Source of the DNA: Parcubacteria bacterium C7867-006
GTDB taxonomy: Bacteria; Patescibacteriota; Minisyncoccia; Phycocordibacterales; DATDWN01
Direction: 5' to 3'
DNA length: 64,000 nt
NCBI GenBank assembly: GCA_001189155.1
Contig: LFCP01000004.1
Coordinates: forward strand, 1,998-65,997
Below the pieces are notes generated by a model. The model was not told the origin of the DNA and made no database searches. It saw only the letters and a program-made list of their open reading frames with translations. The position numbers were made by a program, and so were the translations under genes. Numbering within the stretch: position 1 is the stretch's first letter; every line of letters starts with the position of its first letter. Shown here one piece after another: positions 28,410-39,072 of the stretch.

Positions 28410-29363
28410 TTATTTAAGTGTTATTCCAAAACTTTCTAGAACTTCTTTAATTTCTGTTAGACCTTTTGATCCTAGACCTTCTATTTCTAGAATATCTTTC
28501 TCTTTCTTTCTAGCCAAACCTCCAACTGTTCGGATGTTTGCGTTTGAAAGAGCATTAAGTGTTCTTGCTGAAAGGTTTAGTGTTTCAATTCGAGTCTTTA
28601 GAGAATCATCATCGATATCCTCTTTTGCAGCAGACTCTTTGTGAGAACTAGAAGACAATATCACATCTTCTTCTTTAAAACCAACTATAGCTTTTAGCTG
28701 GTGAATCATAGTTTCAATAGATTTCTCTAAAGCCTCTTTTGGAGAGATAGTTCCATCTGTTTCAATAAACATTTTTAGTCTGTTGAAATCTGTTCTATCT
28801 CCAACTCGCATATTTTCAACTTCGTAACTAGCTCTTTTTATAGGTGTAAAAATAGCGTCCAAAGTTATATGACCAATATCAACTCGATTTTTCTGTAGTT
28901 CTTCCTTTGATACAAATCCAAGTCCTTTTTCAACTGTTATTTCCATATCAAGATCAGCACTTTTATCAGTTAGGTTTGCAATAACAAGTTCTGGATTCAT
29001 TATTTCAACTCCACCAGTTACTTTTATATCACCAGCTGTAACTTCTTTTACACCTTTTACTTTAAGTGAAAGAGTTTGTGGTTCATCTGATACAACTGAA
29101 AGTCGCATCTTTTTTAGATTCAAAAGAATAGTAATAGCATCTTCTTTTACTCCAGGGATTACTGAAAATTCGTGTGAAATACCAGCTATTTTAACTGATG
29201 TAACAGCTGATCCTGGAAGAGATGATAGGATTATTCTTCTAAGAGAGTTTCCTAGAGTGTGGCCGTAGCCAGGATAAAGACCATCTATTTCGTAAGTTCC
29301 TGAGAACTTTTCTTCAGAGACAATCTTTGGTTTTGAAGGCAATACAATGTTGAAATCAGACAT
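28410..29363 (-). CDS. rpoA: RNA polymerase alpha subunit
   Basis: GYGHTLGNSLRRIILSS, HEFS, LSARTLNAL alphaCTD. Confidence 0.97.
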   Translation of the reverse strand: MSDFNIVLPSKPKIVSEEKFSGTYEIDGLYPGYGHTLGNSLRRIILSSLPGSAVTSVKIAGISHEFSVIPGVKEDAITILLNLKKMRLSVVSDEPQTLSLKVKGVKEVTAGDIKVTGGVEIMNPELVIANLTDKSADLDMEITVEKGLGFVSKEELQKNRVDIGHITLDAIFTPIKRASYEVENMRVGDRTDFNRLKMFIETDGTISPKEALEKSIETMIHQLKAIVGFKEEDVILSSSSHKESAAKEDIDDDSLKTRIETLNLSARTLNALSNANIRTVGGLARKKEKDILEIEGLGSKGLTEIKEVLESFGITLK

Positions 29364-29431
29364 ATAGGGTGTTGTTATTTAGTTAAATTGTAATTTACGC
29401 AATATACATTATTTCTAATAAAAAATCAATA

Positions 29432-30043
29432 CTATCGACTGTAAAACTCAACCACTGTGTTAAGGTCAAACATATTCTCTGTTTTTACGTATTGTGGCTT
29501 ACCTTGAATCTCCGCAACCTTCTTAACTGCATCAAATTTAATCCAAGATGGAACAGTAGCAGAGTTTTTTATTCTTTCATCTAGGCTAGTAAATAGAGGT
29601 TTCTTTAGTGATCTCTCTGCAATAGTGATTTTATCTCCTATTTTGAGTCTTCTTGATGGAGTATCAACTCTTCTGCCGTTTACTGCTATGTGACCATGAG
29701 AAACCATTTGTCTTGCTCCACTTCTAGTTGGAGAGAAACCTAGTCTGTAAACAACACTGTCTAATCTAAGTTCTAGGAACTCATAAATAGTAGCAGGAGC
29801 ATTTGTTGCTTTTGATTCAATCGCTTCTTTAACGTATGCAGCAAACTGCTTTTCAGGCATACCGTATATAAATCTAGCTTTCTGCTTTTCATTTAGTTGT
29901 AGACCGAATTCAGACTTTGGTTTTGTAAAACCTCTACTCTTTCCTCGTCTCTCTAGGTGAAGTGCATATTTTTGAGTTTGAGTTTTCTCAAATATTGGTG
30001 CCCCTAGGCGTCTCGCTATTTTATATTTTGGTCCTGTTATCAT
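29432..30043 (-). CDS. rpsD: 30S ribosomal protein S4
   Basis: GPKYKIARRLG, LELRLDSVVYRLG, VEFYSR. Confidence 0.97.
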   Translation of the reverse strand: MITGPKYKIARRLGAPIFEKTQTQKYALHLERRGKSRGFTKPKSEFGLQLNEKQKARFIYGMPEKQFAAYVKEAIESKATNAPATIYEFLELRLDSVVYRLGFSPTRSGARQMVSHGHIAVNGRRVDTPSRRLKIGDKITIAERSLKKPLFTSLDERIKNSATVPSWIKFDAVKKVAEIQGKPQYVKTENMFDLNTVVEFYSR

Positions 30044-30061
30044 AATTTTTTTATTAAAATA

Positions 30062-30487
30062 CTATACTCTTCTTGGTTTTTTAGGTTTTGGCCCGTTGTG
30101 AGGGACAGGAGTTACATCTTTGATTGAGTTAATGTTTATTCCTTTTGAAATAAATCCTCTAATTCCTGATTCTCGTCCTGATCCAACTCCTTTTACCACA
30201 ACAGCTACTTCTTTCATTCCCATAGTTGCTGCTTTTGCTCCTAGAATCTCACCAACCTTTGCCGCTGCAAATGGAGTTCCCTTTTTTGCACCCTTAAATC
30301 CGATAGCTCCAGATGAAGATGTTGCTAAAACATTACCTTTTGCGTCTGTAAGAACGATCTGAGTGTTGTTATATGTAGACTGAACATATAGAGTTCCAGT
30401 TTCAACTTTTTTCTTAGATACGGTAGGAGTAGCTACTTTTGTAGCCTCTGCACCGTCCCCTGTTTTTACTATACGTTTCTTTCCCAT
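30062..30487 (-). CDS. rpsK: 30S ribosomal protein S11
   Basis: STYNNT, KKGTPFAA, DVTPVPHNG. Confidence 0.97.
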   Translation of the reverse strand: MGKKRIVKTGDGAEATKVATPTVSKKKVETGTLYVQSTYNNTQIVLTDAKGNVLATSSSGAIGFKGAKKGTPFAAAKVGEILGAKAATMGMKEVAVVVKGVGSGRESGIRGFISKGININSIKDVTPVPHNGPKPKKPRRV

Positions 30488-30508
30488 ATTATTTTTATTT
30501 ATTTACTG

Positions 30509-30886
30509 TTATTTCTTATCAGCGGTCTTTCGTCCAGTACCCATAGTTTTCTTCGCTCCTCTCTTTGTTCTGGCGTTTGTTTTTGTTCTCTGACCTCTAG
30601 TTGGAAGATTTCTAGCATGTCGTGAGCCTCTGTAAGTTTTGATATCTTTTAGTCGTTTTATGTTACCAGCAACCTCTCTTTTTAGGTCTCCTTCGATTTT
30701 TATACTCTCGATAACCTTTCTAATAGCGTTTTCCTGGTCAACAGTCAAATCCTTTGGTTTTAAACCATATTCAACTTTTGCTTTATTTAAAATGGTATGA
30801 GCTAATGGTCGTCCAACTCCATAAAGGACTGTTAGGCCAATTTCAATTCTCTTATTCTCCGGTAGTGTTATTCCTAGTATTCTCAT
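30509..30886 (-). CDS. rpsM: 30S ribosomal protein S13
   Basis: MRILGI start at 30886; YRGSRH, RGQRTKTNART. Confidence 0.96.
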   Translation of the reverse strand: MRILGITLPENKRIEIGLTVLYGVGRPLAHTILNKAKVEYGLKPKDLTVDQENAIRKVIESIKIEGDLKREVAGNIKRLKDIKTYRGSRHARNLPTRGQRTKTNARTKRGAKKTMGTGRKTADKK

Positions 30887-30899
30887 TTTTTTATTTGTT

Positions 30900-31016
30900 T
30901 TATCCTTGTCTTTGCTTATGTCTGGCGTTAAGTTTGCATACAACATAAACATAGCCCTTTCTTCGGACCACCTGGCAACCTGAACAAATTTTTTTAACTG
31001 AAGATTTTACTTTCAT
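30900..31016 (-). CDS. rpmJ: 50S ribosomal protein L36 (not in ORF track)
   Basis: Translates [38 protein letters not shown]; between infA and rpsM. Confidence 0.96.
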   Translation of the reverse strand: MKVKSSVKKICSGCQVVRRKGYVYVVCKLNARHKQRQG

Positions 31017-31047
31017 TTTTTAACAATTTAAATCAAAATAATACACC

Positions 31048-31269
31048 CTAGCCTCGTTTTACTATACGGCCCTTGCCTCCATATGGTTCAAGTTCAACAG
31101 CGACCCTGTCACCAACCATAACTCTGATTCGGTGAAGGCGCATTTTACCAGACAAATATGTCAACATTTCCTCGCCGTTGTCGTCTCTTTTGACTTTAAA
31201 AAAGGTGTTAGGTAATGCCTCAATAACTTGAGCACTAACTACTACTTCTTTTTTGTTAGGTTCTTGCAT
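31048..31269 (-). CDS. infA: Translation initiation factor IF-1
   Basis: EALPNTFFKV, LSGKMR, GDRV. Confidence 0.95.
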   Translation of the reverse strand: MQEPNKKEVVVSAQVIEALPNTFFKVKRDDNGEEMLTYLSGKMRLHRIRVMVGDRVAVELEPYGGKGRIVKRG

Positions 31270-31335
31270 TATTTTGATCCCAATTTCAATTCAGACGTCT
31301 TTTAAGTAACAGGTAGTATGGTAACAGAATTAGCC

Positions 31336-32760
31336 CTATTTCGTCAAGGTATTTATTAAGGTCACCTTATTTGTGTCTGTTGGAACGGTTTGATTCCAGA
31401 ATGGCTGTGTTTCAATCCATGTTTCTTTTATTGTTGGGTACTTAGAAACAATGTTTTTAGCCTCTTTCTTTGAAAGACCCAGGAGTTCTGATTTTATTTT
31501 GTTTTCATCAACAACCCAAACGAATTGAGGAACTCCTTTTAGAGAAAAAGTTATAGAATTAGCCGTATTTATATCCACTGGAGATTGTGTTGCATATTCA
31601 AAATTCAATGAATCTAGGTTGGTTATTTTTACAACATCATTAGTTGAATCAGGAGATAGTTTTGCTAAAAGAGTTCTAGAAAGAACTCCTTTATCAAAAA
31701 TAACAGCAGAGGCAACACCTTTCTTTTTCAAAACCGCACCACCAGTTGAGCTATTAGTTTGTGTAATAGCTTCAAGTTTGTAAGTTAGTGATGATGAGAA
31801 TAAAACATAATCTGCCGGTATTTGAGCTGTTATATCTTTTGCTAGGGTCTCTTTTAGAGTTTTTTCCAATTCTGTATTAGTTTGGTTTATTATAGCTTCC
31901 GAAACTATCTTTTGCATACCAGAAAATCCTCCTGTCATTTCAGTTTTTGATCTAGCGTATACTTTCGTATATTTAGGATCGCCTTTAAAGCCTGGAATGG
32001 TGAAATCCTTATATGAAATATTGTATTCAGCCCCTGTTTTGTCTGCTTCAACTACAGCATCAACACTACCAGCCACTGTTTTACCCGACTTTACTGATGT
32101 ACCTGGCACTGTAACTGGACTTACAAGCCTATATATAAGGCCTTCTGGAGTCTCAAACCTTGTTGTTGCTACTAGTTTTTGAGATTGAGAGCTATATGTA
32201 TTGTATATTGTTATTGTACCTCTAGCTTTTTTATCAACTCGGGCTTCACCTGTAGCTTCTACACTTTTTTCTACTTCTTTAACCACTGTGACAACCTGAA
32301 AACCTAACCCACCAGACGAGATATCTTTTTTGGCAGTAAACGAATCGTTTAGAGGGATACTTATATTTTTTGGAGTTATTGTTATTTTTGCACTTTTGAA
32401 AAATGCAGATATTCCGAATGCTCCAAGGATAACTAATACAAAAACACTGGTATATAAAATCTTTTTACTAGGTTTTTTGGGTTCATCAAACTCGTATTTA
32501 TAAGACGAATTAATTATTGGCGGTTTATTGTTCCCAACAGGAGCTTCTACTCTAACTGGGGCTGATACCTCAGTTTTTATTGATACGGGTCTAGAAAAAT
32601 CCTCTAGCATAGGTTCAGGTTTAGGAGCTTCTTCTCTATTTATTTTAGGCGCAGTTCTTCTTGGAGCAATATCTAGTCCAGCTGATCTAGATGGTAATTT
32701 TACGTTACGTATTGATTTTTTAGGTGGAATTACGTCTTGTACCAAATTTTTATTAGCCAT
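31336..32760 (-). CDS. Single-TM protein with baseplate-J-like extracellular region
   Basis: Low-complexity N-terminus, one TM, ARGTITIYN...TRF...ADKTGAEYN...GGFS pattern; start MANKN at 32760. Confidence 0.6.
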   Translation of the reverse strand: MANKNLVQDVIPPKKSIRNVKLPSRSAGLDIAPRRTAPKINREEAPKPEPMLEDFSRPVSIKTEVSAPVRVEAPVGNNKPPIINSSYKYEFDEPKKPSKKILYTSVFVLVILGAFGISAFFKSAKITITPKNISIPLNDSFTAKKDISSGGLGFQVVTVVKEVEKSVEATGEARVDKKARGTITIYNTYSSQSQKLVATTRFETPEGLIYRLVSPVTVPGTSVKSGKTVAGSVDAVVEADKTGAEYNISYKDFTIPGFKGDPKYTKVYARSKTEMTGGFSGMQKIVSEAIINQTNTELEKTLKETLAKDITAQIPADYVLFSSSLTYKLEAITQTNSSTGGAVLKKKGVASAVIFDKGVLSRTLLAKLSPDSTNDVVKITNLDSLNFEYATQSPVDINTANSITFSLKGVPQFVWVVDENKIKSELLGLSKKEAKNIVSKYPTIKETWIETQPFWNQTVPTDTNKVTLINTLTK

Positions 32761-32845
32761 TTTCTTTTGAAAAATATTTTTAGAAAAATACCTTCTATCA
32801 TTGTAACGCAAAGACCTATATTTGCCAACGATAAAATCCTGTGGA

Positions 32846-34051
32846 TTATTTTGTGTTTATTAGTTTTTTATAAAAAAGAGCTACAAAAGTAATGAACTCG
32901 TCTATCTTTCCTACAGCTTGGTTTTTGATAAATTTAGAAACAACAATTTCATCTATTATATTTATGTTTAACATTTTTCTAAAAATAGAAGTTGTATCAG
33001 TTTTTGGCATTTTCAAAAATTCTGTATATATGTGTACAACATCACTATCTGACATTAAGTATATATTTGAAGGTAAATTAATAGTTGGAGATAGTTCCAC
33101 TAAAGCATTTTCTAGATATATAGCCCATTCTTTTTCAATTTCAGCTATAACCTCGTGCATTTTTTGATTTACAGAATCATCAGACTTGTCGGAGCTAAAC
33201 ATGTGGAGCATAGACTCCGCTATCTCAGGAGTAACGTCAAAATTTTTACTTATTTGTCTTAATATGAAATTTCTACCAGAAGGTATAGATACATTTTGTT
33301 TAATAACAAAATCCTGTACAAGTGTTAGATCGGTTACATCTCCGGAGACATCACATATCAAGAAATCCCCACCTGCGCTGAAAAAATCTCTAACAACCGC
33401 AAAAGAGACTACTGGGAATGTATGAAACTTGAAATCATCTTTGTGTATGTGCGCATATCTTAGGACAATATCTTGTATTTTATATACAAGGCCCACATCC
33501 ATAGCCGACATACAAAGAAAAGCCTCTAAGCTTTTTGTTTTTTTATCTAATATATTTTGAAGTTCATAGCCATTAATTTTTGTATGTAAAACATTTTTCT
33601 CTATAACCTCAAAAGCATCAGGTCTTTCAGGATAAAGTTCTGATTTAAATATGTTTTCTTCCTGTGAAATTACATCATTTAAAAATGATTCCGTAACAAT
33701 AAAATCCTTCTCGTGAGAAAGTGAAAGATGTTTAGTTTTTATCGCAAACCATGGAGATGAGAAAGATATAATTCCACCAGAAAGCTTTTTTGATTTATTA
33801 TTCCAGTATTTATGATTAAAACCTTCTTTTACGAGTTCTTTTAGTTGTAAATCTAATATGGATAGTAGAGATTCTATTAGCCGATTAGCATCTGCTTTGT
33901 CCCCGACAGGATGTGTTGCTGTTTTAGAGTACAAAAAAGTAGGTAATTCTTCAGCATTAAAAACTACCATTGCTGATGTAACTGTACTGCTACCAACATC
34001 AATAACGAGAGAAACTTTTTCTTTTTCATTCCCAAATGAGAATATAGACAT
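32846..34051 (-). CDS. FtsA/PilM-like actin-fold protein (divergent)
   Basis: IDVGSSTV and CDVSGDVTD phosphate-loop-like motifs. Confidence 0.6.
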   Translation of the reverse strand: MSIFSFGNEKEKVSLVIDVGSSTVTSAMVVFNAEELPTFLYSKTATHPVGDKADANRLIESLLSILDLQLKELVKEGFNHKYWNNKSKKLSGGIISFSSPWFAIKTKHLSLSHEKDFIVTESFLNDVISQEENIFKSELYPERPDAFEVIEKNVLHTKINGYELQNILDKKTKSLEAFLCMSAMDVGLVYKIQDIVLRYAHIHKDDFKFHTFPVVSFAVVRDFFSAGGDFLICDVSGDVTDLTLVQDFVIKQNVSIPSGRNFILRQISKNFDVTPEIAESMLHMFSSDKSDDSVNQKMHEVIAEIEKEWAIYLENALVELSPTINLPSNIYLMSDSDVVHIYTEFLKMPKTDTTSIFRKMLNINIIDEIVVSKFIKNQAVGKIDEFITFVALFYKKLINTK

Positions 34052-34071
34052 ACATTTATTCTAACACAATT

Positions 34072-35826
34072 TTACTCCAAGACAGCTTTGATGCGCCTGA
34101 CGCCAGCCGAAACAGCCTCCTCTTTTGCAATTTTGAATCGTCCAAGCACCCCAGTATTTTCTACATGAGGACCTCCACAGAACTCTTTTGAGTAGGCAGA
34201 GTCTAATGAGTCTCCAATATAATAAACATTTACTTCATCTGGATACTTCTCTCCAAAAAAGTGTAGGGCTCCAGTTTTTTCAGCTTCCTCTTTTTTCATA
34301 ACCTCCTTTTTAACAGGTAGATTTAATTGAATTTTTTCATTAACAATATCTTCAACTTTTTTCTTTTCCTCATCGGTCATTTTTCTTTCAAAGGCAAAAT
34401 CGAAACGCAGTCTTTCTGTTGTTATATTACTTCCTTTTTGTTGTACTGATTCACCTAAAACATCCCTCAGGGCTTGGTGTAGTAGGTGTGTTGCTGTATG
34501 GTATTTTGTTTCTACTTCTCCAGTTCCAGCTAAACCTCCTTTGAATTTTTGTTCACTACCTGCGCGAGAAAGTTCTTGGTGCTTTTTAAATTCCTCGTTA
34601 AATTTTTCTTCGTCTATAACAGTTCCTCTTTCTTTGGCTAACTCTTTTGTTATCTCAATAGGAAAACCATATGTTGTAAACAAAACAAACGGGTCAATAC
34701 CTTTTTCAAATTGTTTTATTCCATCCTCTAGAGTTTTTGTAAATTTATTAACCTCTTCTTCTATTTTTTGTGTAACTGAAGTAAGGTTTTGCTTAATTTC
34801 TGGATAAGAGGCCTCATATTTGTCAGAGATTATATTAACTAAACTAGATATTTCCTGATTATCTAGCTTTCTTTTATCTGTTTTAAGAACCGCTCTCCTT
34901 AAAAGCCGCCTCAAAATATACCCTCTATCTGTATTTGATGGGCTGACTCCGTCTACAATCATAAATACAGCAGTTCTTATATGATCAGCAATTATTCTTT
35001 GATTTTTTAAACTTCCTGTTAGATTTTTTGTATTTTTTATTAAATCTGAGAATATATCTGTTTCAAAAACACTAGATTTACCCTGAACAACAGCAATCAT
35101 TCTTTCAAATCCAGCGCCAGTATCAACATTTTTGTTTTCTAGTTTACCAACAACTTTACCATCCTTTGACAAAAACTCCATAAATACGTTGTTCCAAATC
35201 TCAACCACTTTTTGTTCATCATCAGCTTTTAAATACTGTTCCAAACTCATCCCCTCAGTTATGTTTCCTGTCAAATCATAAAACATTTCTGTATCTGGTC
35301 CACATGGTCCATTTGGTCCAGCACTCCACCAGTTTTTATTTGCAGGCCGAAAATATATTCGCTCTCCCGTGACTCCATTTTTCTCAAAAATTTCTTTCCA
35401 GATAGTGGCCGACTCTTCATCTCGAGGTGCATTCTCATCCCCTTCAAAACAAGTAACATAAAGTCTCTGAGGATCTAGCCCAAAACCCTCTTCCTTTGAT
35501 GTTAGTAACTCATAGCTCCAGTTTATTGACTCAGATTTCCAATAATCACCCAAAGACCAGTTACCAAGCATCTCAAAAAAAGTAAGATGTGTATTGTCTC
35601 CAACTTCATCTATATCGTTTGTTCTTACGCATTTTTGTACGTCAGCAAGCCTTGTCCCTTGTGGGTGCTTTTCCCCAAGTAGGTACGGGACTAAAGGTTG
35701 CATTCCAGCCGTGTTGAACAAAACAGAAGGATCATTTTCTGGAACAAGAGATGCGGATGGAATTATGGCGTGGCCTCTTTTTTCAAAGAAAGTAAGAAAC
35801 CTCTGTCTAATCTCGTTTGATGTCAT
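34072..35826 (-). CDS. alaS: Alanine--tRNA ligase (C-terminally trimmed)
   Basis: FNTAGMQP, FFEMLGN, DTGAGFER, HTATHLL/EFCGGPHV editing motifs; ends after editing domain. Confidence 0.96.
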   Translation of the reverse strand: MTSNEIRQRFLTFFEKRGHAIIPSASLVPENDPSVLFNTAGMQPLVPYLLGEKHPQGTRLADVQKCVRTNDIDEVGDNTHLTFFEMLGNWSLGDYWKSESINWSYELLTSKEEGFGLDPQRLYVTCFEGDENAPRDEESATIWKEIFEKNGVTGERIYFRPANKNWWSAGPNGPCGPDTEMFYDLTGNITEGMSLEQYLKADDEQKVVEIWNNVFMEFLSKDGKVVGKLENKNVDTGAGFERMIAVVQGKSSVFETDIFSDLIKNTKNLTGSLKNQRIIADHIRTAVFMIVDGVSPSNTDRGYILRRLLRRAVLKTDKRKLDNQEISSLVNIISDKYEASYPEIKQNLTSVTQKIEEEVNKFTKTLEDGIKQFEKGIDPFVLFTTYGFPIEITKELAKERGTVIDEEKFNEEFKKHQELSRAGSEQKFKGGLAGTGEVETKYHTATHLLHQALRDVLGESVQQKGSNITTERLRFDFAFERKMTDEEKKKVEDIVNEKIQLNLPVKKEVMKKEEAEKTGALHFFGEKYPDEVNVYYIGDSLDSAYSKEFCGGPHVENTGVLGRFKIAKEEAVSAGVRRIKAVLE

Positions 35827-35856
35827 AGCGTTATAATTACACAAAATGAACTTATT

Positions 35857-36474
35857 TTAAAGATACTGTATATATTTCTTCAATACTTGAAAATCCTGAA
35901 CCAAAGTATCTTTATTTGAGCCATTATATAAAGTAACAGCCGGATGATATAAAGGTATAATCACAACTGAACCAAAATAGGTATCAATCTTGAACTCTTT
36001 TCCATGTAAATCACCGATAGTTCCGAGTTTATCTGAAAGATTAAAGCGATTAAATATATATTCCATTGAAAATCTACCCAAAGTAGCAATAACTTTTGGT
36101 TGTATTATATCAATCTGTTCGTCCAAAAAAGGAGCATAAATTTTTATTTCCTCTGGGCTTGGGTCTCTATTCTCTGGGGGTCTATCTTTTACTATGTTAG
36201 TTATATAAACATCACTTCTATTTAAACTAATCGATTCGAGCATTTCATCTAAAACTTTTCCAGATTTACCACAAAAAGGTCTGGCTGTTTCAGCTTCATT
36301 TTTTCCAGGGGCCTCACCAATAAACATTATGTGAGCAACAAGACTCCCCTCTCCAACAACAGGAAAATATTTATTTTGAACTCTGTATTCATATAACGGG
36401 GATTCTTTAAGATGTAGAACTTGATCCCTAACATTTTTCATCTTATCGAACTTTTCTTCAAGTGAAAATGACAT
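35857..36474 (-). CDS. Uracil-DNA glycosylase family 4
   Basis: IGEAPG, PFCGKSG, RPPENRDP, YHPA. Confidence 0.92.
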   Translation of the reverse strand: MSFSLEEKFDKMKNVRDQVLHLKESPLYEYRVQNKYFPVVGEGSLVAHIMFIGEAPGKNEAETARPFCGKSGKVLDEMLESISLNRSDVYITNIVKDRPPENRDPSPEEIKIYAPFLDEQIDIIQPKVIATLGRFSMEYIFNRFNLSDKLGTIGDLHGKEFKIDTYFGSVVIIPLYHPAVTLYNGSNKDTLVQDFQVLKKYIQYL

Positions 36475-36478
36475 ATTT

Positions 36479-37099
36479 TTATTTTTTATTCTTCTCTTTG
36501 CTCTTATAAGAAACCGCTACCTTTTTGTTATCAAACCACCAAGCATTTGAGTCTGTCTTCATTATTTCGTTTACAATTTTTTTAGCATTTTCTGTTTTTA
36601 TTCTTTTTACCGCATGCTCGGCCCACTTTAATGCTCTGGTATTACCTTGATCAACTTGTTCTTTTAAAGCCATTATCCATTCAATATTATCTGCATCTTT
36701 AACCAAAATAGACTCTTTACTTTGCCTATCTTCATATTCCTCAATGATTCCAAAAATTTCTTCACCAAAAGATATTGAGTCTGCTATGTCACGATGTGCA
36801 GCTTCTTCTTTTCTTTCAACATATTTTTGATGAACATAGTTCAAATCAGATATTCTGGTTTCTGATATATCATGAAATAAACACATTTCTAAAACTTTTG
36901 AAATGTTGACTGTACCGTCCATCATGGCTAAGGCATATCCTATATAACAAACGCGGTTTATGTGTTCAGCCACAGATTGATCACCGGTTCCTAAAAAGTG
37001 AAAACCACTTCTTGGAGTTTTTGATAAAATTCCAACCTCAAAAAGGAAATTTGCTGTATTTTTATAATCACTTTTTGATTTTTTATTACTTTTTTTCAT
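36479..37099 (-). CDS. HD-domain hydrolase (5'-deoxynucleotidase-like)
   Basis: SVAEH, FHDISE, KDADNIE. Confidence 0.85.
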   Translation of the reverse strand: MKKSNKKSKSDYKNTANFLFEVGILSKTPRSGFHFLGTGDQSVAEHINRVCYIGYALAMMDGTVNISKVLEMCLFHDISETRISDLNYVHQKYVERKEEAAHRDIADSISFGEEIFGIIEEYEDRQSKESILVKDADNIEWIMALKEQVDQGNTRALKWAEHAVKRIKTENAKKIVNEIMKTDSNAWWFDNKKVAVSYKSKEKNKK

Positions 37100-37100
37100 T

Positions 37101-37934
37101 TTATAACGCATCTATCTCATCTATCACTTTTTTTATTTCAGTATCCTTAATCCCAATATCAGAAAGTAATTCTGGCTTTTCTATAATAGATTTACACAAA
37201 ACAATACCTTGATCCAAAAGAGCTTTTTTCTCATGAGTATTTAGGCTAACCAAACAAGTAAGTGGATGAAGTTTTGATTCTATTATTAGATCATGAAGAT
37301 TACCTATTGGAGGATAGTTCCAACCAATCATTCTAATGCCTCCCTGACAGCTACCGTATTCTATGGCTGTAGAAGTGAATTTTGTATTTGTAACAAGCCA
37401 CGCCTCATCCAACTCTCTTTCCTTTCCATAATTAAATTTCATTTTTCGTAAATCATCAAAACGAGCCTTAACATACAAAATAACTTTCAAATCAGATTTT
37501 GTCCCACCTTCATTGTGGAATTTAGCCTCAACCATAATAAGCTCCTTATCATTCCAAGCAACTACATCTATTTCGTGAGCAACACAAGAGCCTTTTACTA
37601 TTTGTCCTGTTTTTGCTTCAAAACCTTTATTTCTAAATATCTCTGCTACAAAATCCTCAAAAGGAAAACCTGAGGGTCCCAATTCTGAGATAGCTTTTTT
37701 TAGAGAATATTTTATTGCGATTGGTTTTTCTTCTTTATGAAGAAGCTCAAAAGCATGTTTATAAATATTATGAGTTGTAATATCTTGTTTAAGATGACCA
37801 TAAACATGGTTTATGATATCTCGAGTAGCTTTAGTAGAAGCGCCAGCACGTTTTAGAGAAAATTCTAATTTTTTTTCATCAAATGGTTCTTTTGTTCCGT
37901 CTGCTTTAATGACATAAATTGGTTCTGTATGCAT
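37101..37934 (-). CDS. ATP-cone domain plus Mrr-like PD-(D/E)XK nuclease
   Basis: VIKADGTKEPFDEKKL ATP-cone; FEDFVAEIF, EIDV...VEAK. Confidence 0.8.
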   Translation of the reverse strand: MHTEPIYVIKADGTKEPFDEKKLEFSLKRAGASTKATRDIINHVYGHLKQDITTHNIYKHAFELLHKEEKPIAIKYSLKKAISELGPSGFPFEDFVAEIFRNKGFEAKTGQIVKGSCVAHEIDVVAWNDKELIMVEAKFHNEGGTKSDLKVILYVKARFDDLRKMKFNYGKERELDEAWLVTNTKFTSTAIEYGSCQGGIRMIGWNYPPIGNLHDLIIESKLHPLTCLVSLNTHEKKALLDQGIVLCKSIIEKPELLSDIGIKDTEIKKVIDEIDAL

Positions 37935-37969
37935 AAAACCATTATCTCATATCCATGTTTTCGGGCAAA

Positions 37970-39052
37970 CTAGATAATTTTTTCAATAATACCTCCACCA
38001 AGACAGACTTCCCCATCATAAAGCACGGCTGATTGGCCTATAGCTATTCCACTTTGTGGCTCATCAAACAGTATATGGTAACCATTACCTTCTTTTTTAA
38101 CCAAACAAGACTGCTTTTGTTGTCTATATCTTATTCTGACTGAAATTTTTTTATCAATCTCTTTCTTATTTTCAGAAATAAGGTGAAGATTTTTTAGAAC
38201 AATCTCTTTTATGGAATAAACTTTGTCTGCTTCAGCTTCTTTACTTGCGACAGTTACAGTATTTTTATCTAGATTTTTCGCCACAACAAAATATCTAGGA
38301 TCATCTCCTGTCTTTTTTGTTATAGTAAAACCGTGTCGCTGGCCGATAGTTAAAAACATAGCGCCATCGTGGGTACCAATAACTTCTCCTTTAGTATTCA
38401 AAACATCTCCAGTTTCGGTTTTTATATAATGAGAAAGAAAATCTTTCATATCTATCTTTCCGATAAAACACAAACCTTGGCTATCTTTTTTGTGGGCCGT
38501 AGGAAGACCAAATTTCTCCGCCAACTTTCTGACTTCTGGCTTTGTCATATGACCTATCGGGAAAAGTGTGTGGGAAAGCTCGTGTTGTCCAAGTGTATAA
38601 ACAAAATACGACTGGTCTTTCTCTTTGTCAGTTGACTCGTGTAACTCAAATACGTTGTTATTATTCAAAATTTGAGCATAATGCCCTGTAGCAACATAGT
38701 CAGCTCCCATCTCTAGCGCTTTTCGTAAAAAAACTCCAAATTTTACATACTTATTACAAAAAACATCAGGGTTCGGCACTCGTCCATCACGATATTCACG
38801 TATCATATAATCCACCACTTCTTTTTTATATTCTGCCTCGCAATCTAGTGTAATAAAAGGGACATCTAGTGTCGCACAAACTTTCATTGCACTTCTTCTT
38901 TCTTCTCTCCAGTCACAAGGTAAAAAATCTGGTGCCCAGACCTTCAAAAATACCCCCGTTACATCATAACCTTGATTTTTAAGCAGTGCCAAAGCCACAG
39001 AAGAATCAACTCCTCCGGAGACACCAACAAACACTTTTGGCATTTTATTCAT
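37970..39052 (-). CDS. mnmA: tRNA 2-thiouridylase
   Basis: SGGVDSS, PNPDVFCN, ATGHYA, KDQSYF, DSQGLCF. Confidence 0.96.
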   Translation of the reverse strand: MNKMPKVFVGVSGGVDSSVALALLKNQGYDVTGVFLKVWAPDFLPCDWREERRSAMKVCATLDVPFITLDCEAEYKKEVVDYMIREYRDGRVPNPDVFCNKYVKFGVFLRKALEMGADYVATGHYAQILNNNNVFELHESTDKEKDQSYFVYTLGQHELSHTLFPIGHMTKPEVRKLAEKFGLPTAHKKDSQGLCFIGKIDMKDFLSHYIKTETGDVLNTKGEVIGTHDGAMFLTIGQRHGFTITKKTGDDPRYFVVAKNLDKNTVTVASKEAEADKVYSIKEIVLKNLHLISENKKEIDKKISVRIRYRQQKQSCLVKKEGNGYHILFDEPQSGIAIGQSAVLYDGEVCLGGGIIEKII

Positions 39053-39072
39053 AACAAACTTATAACACAAAT

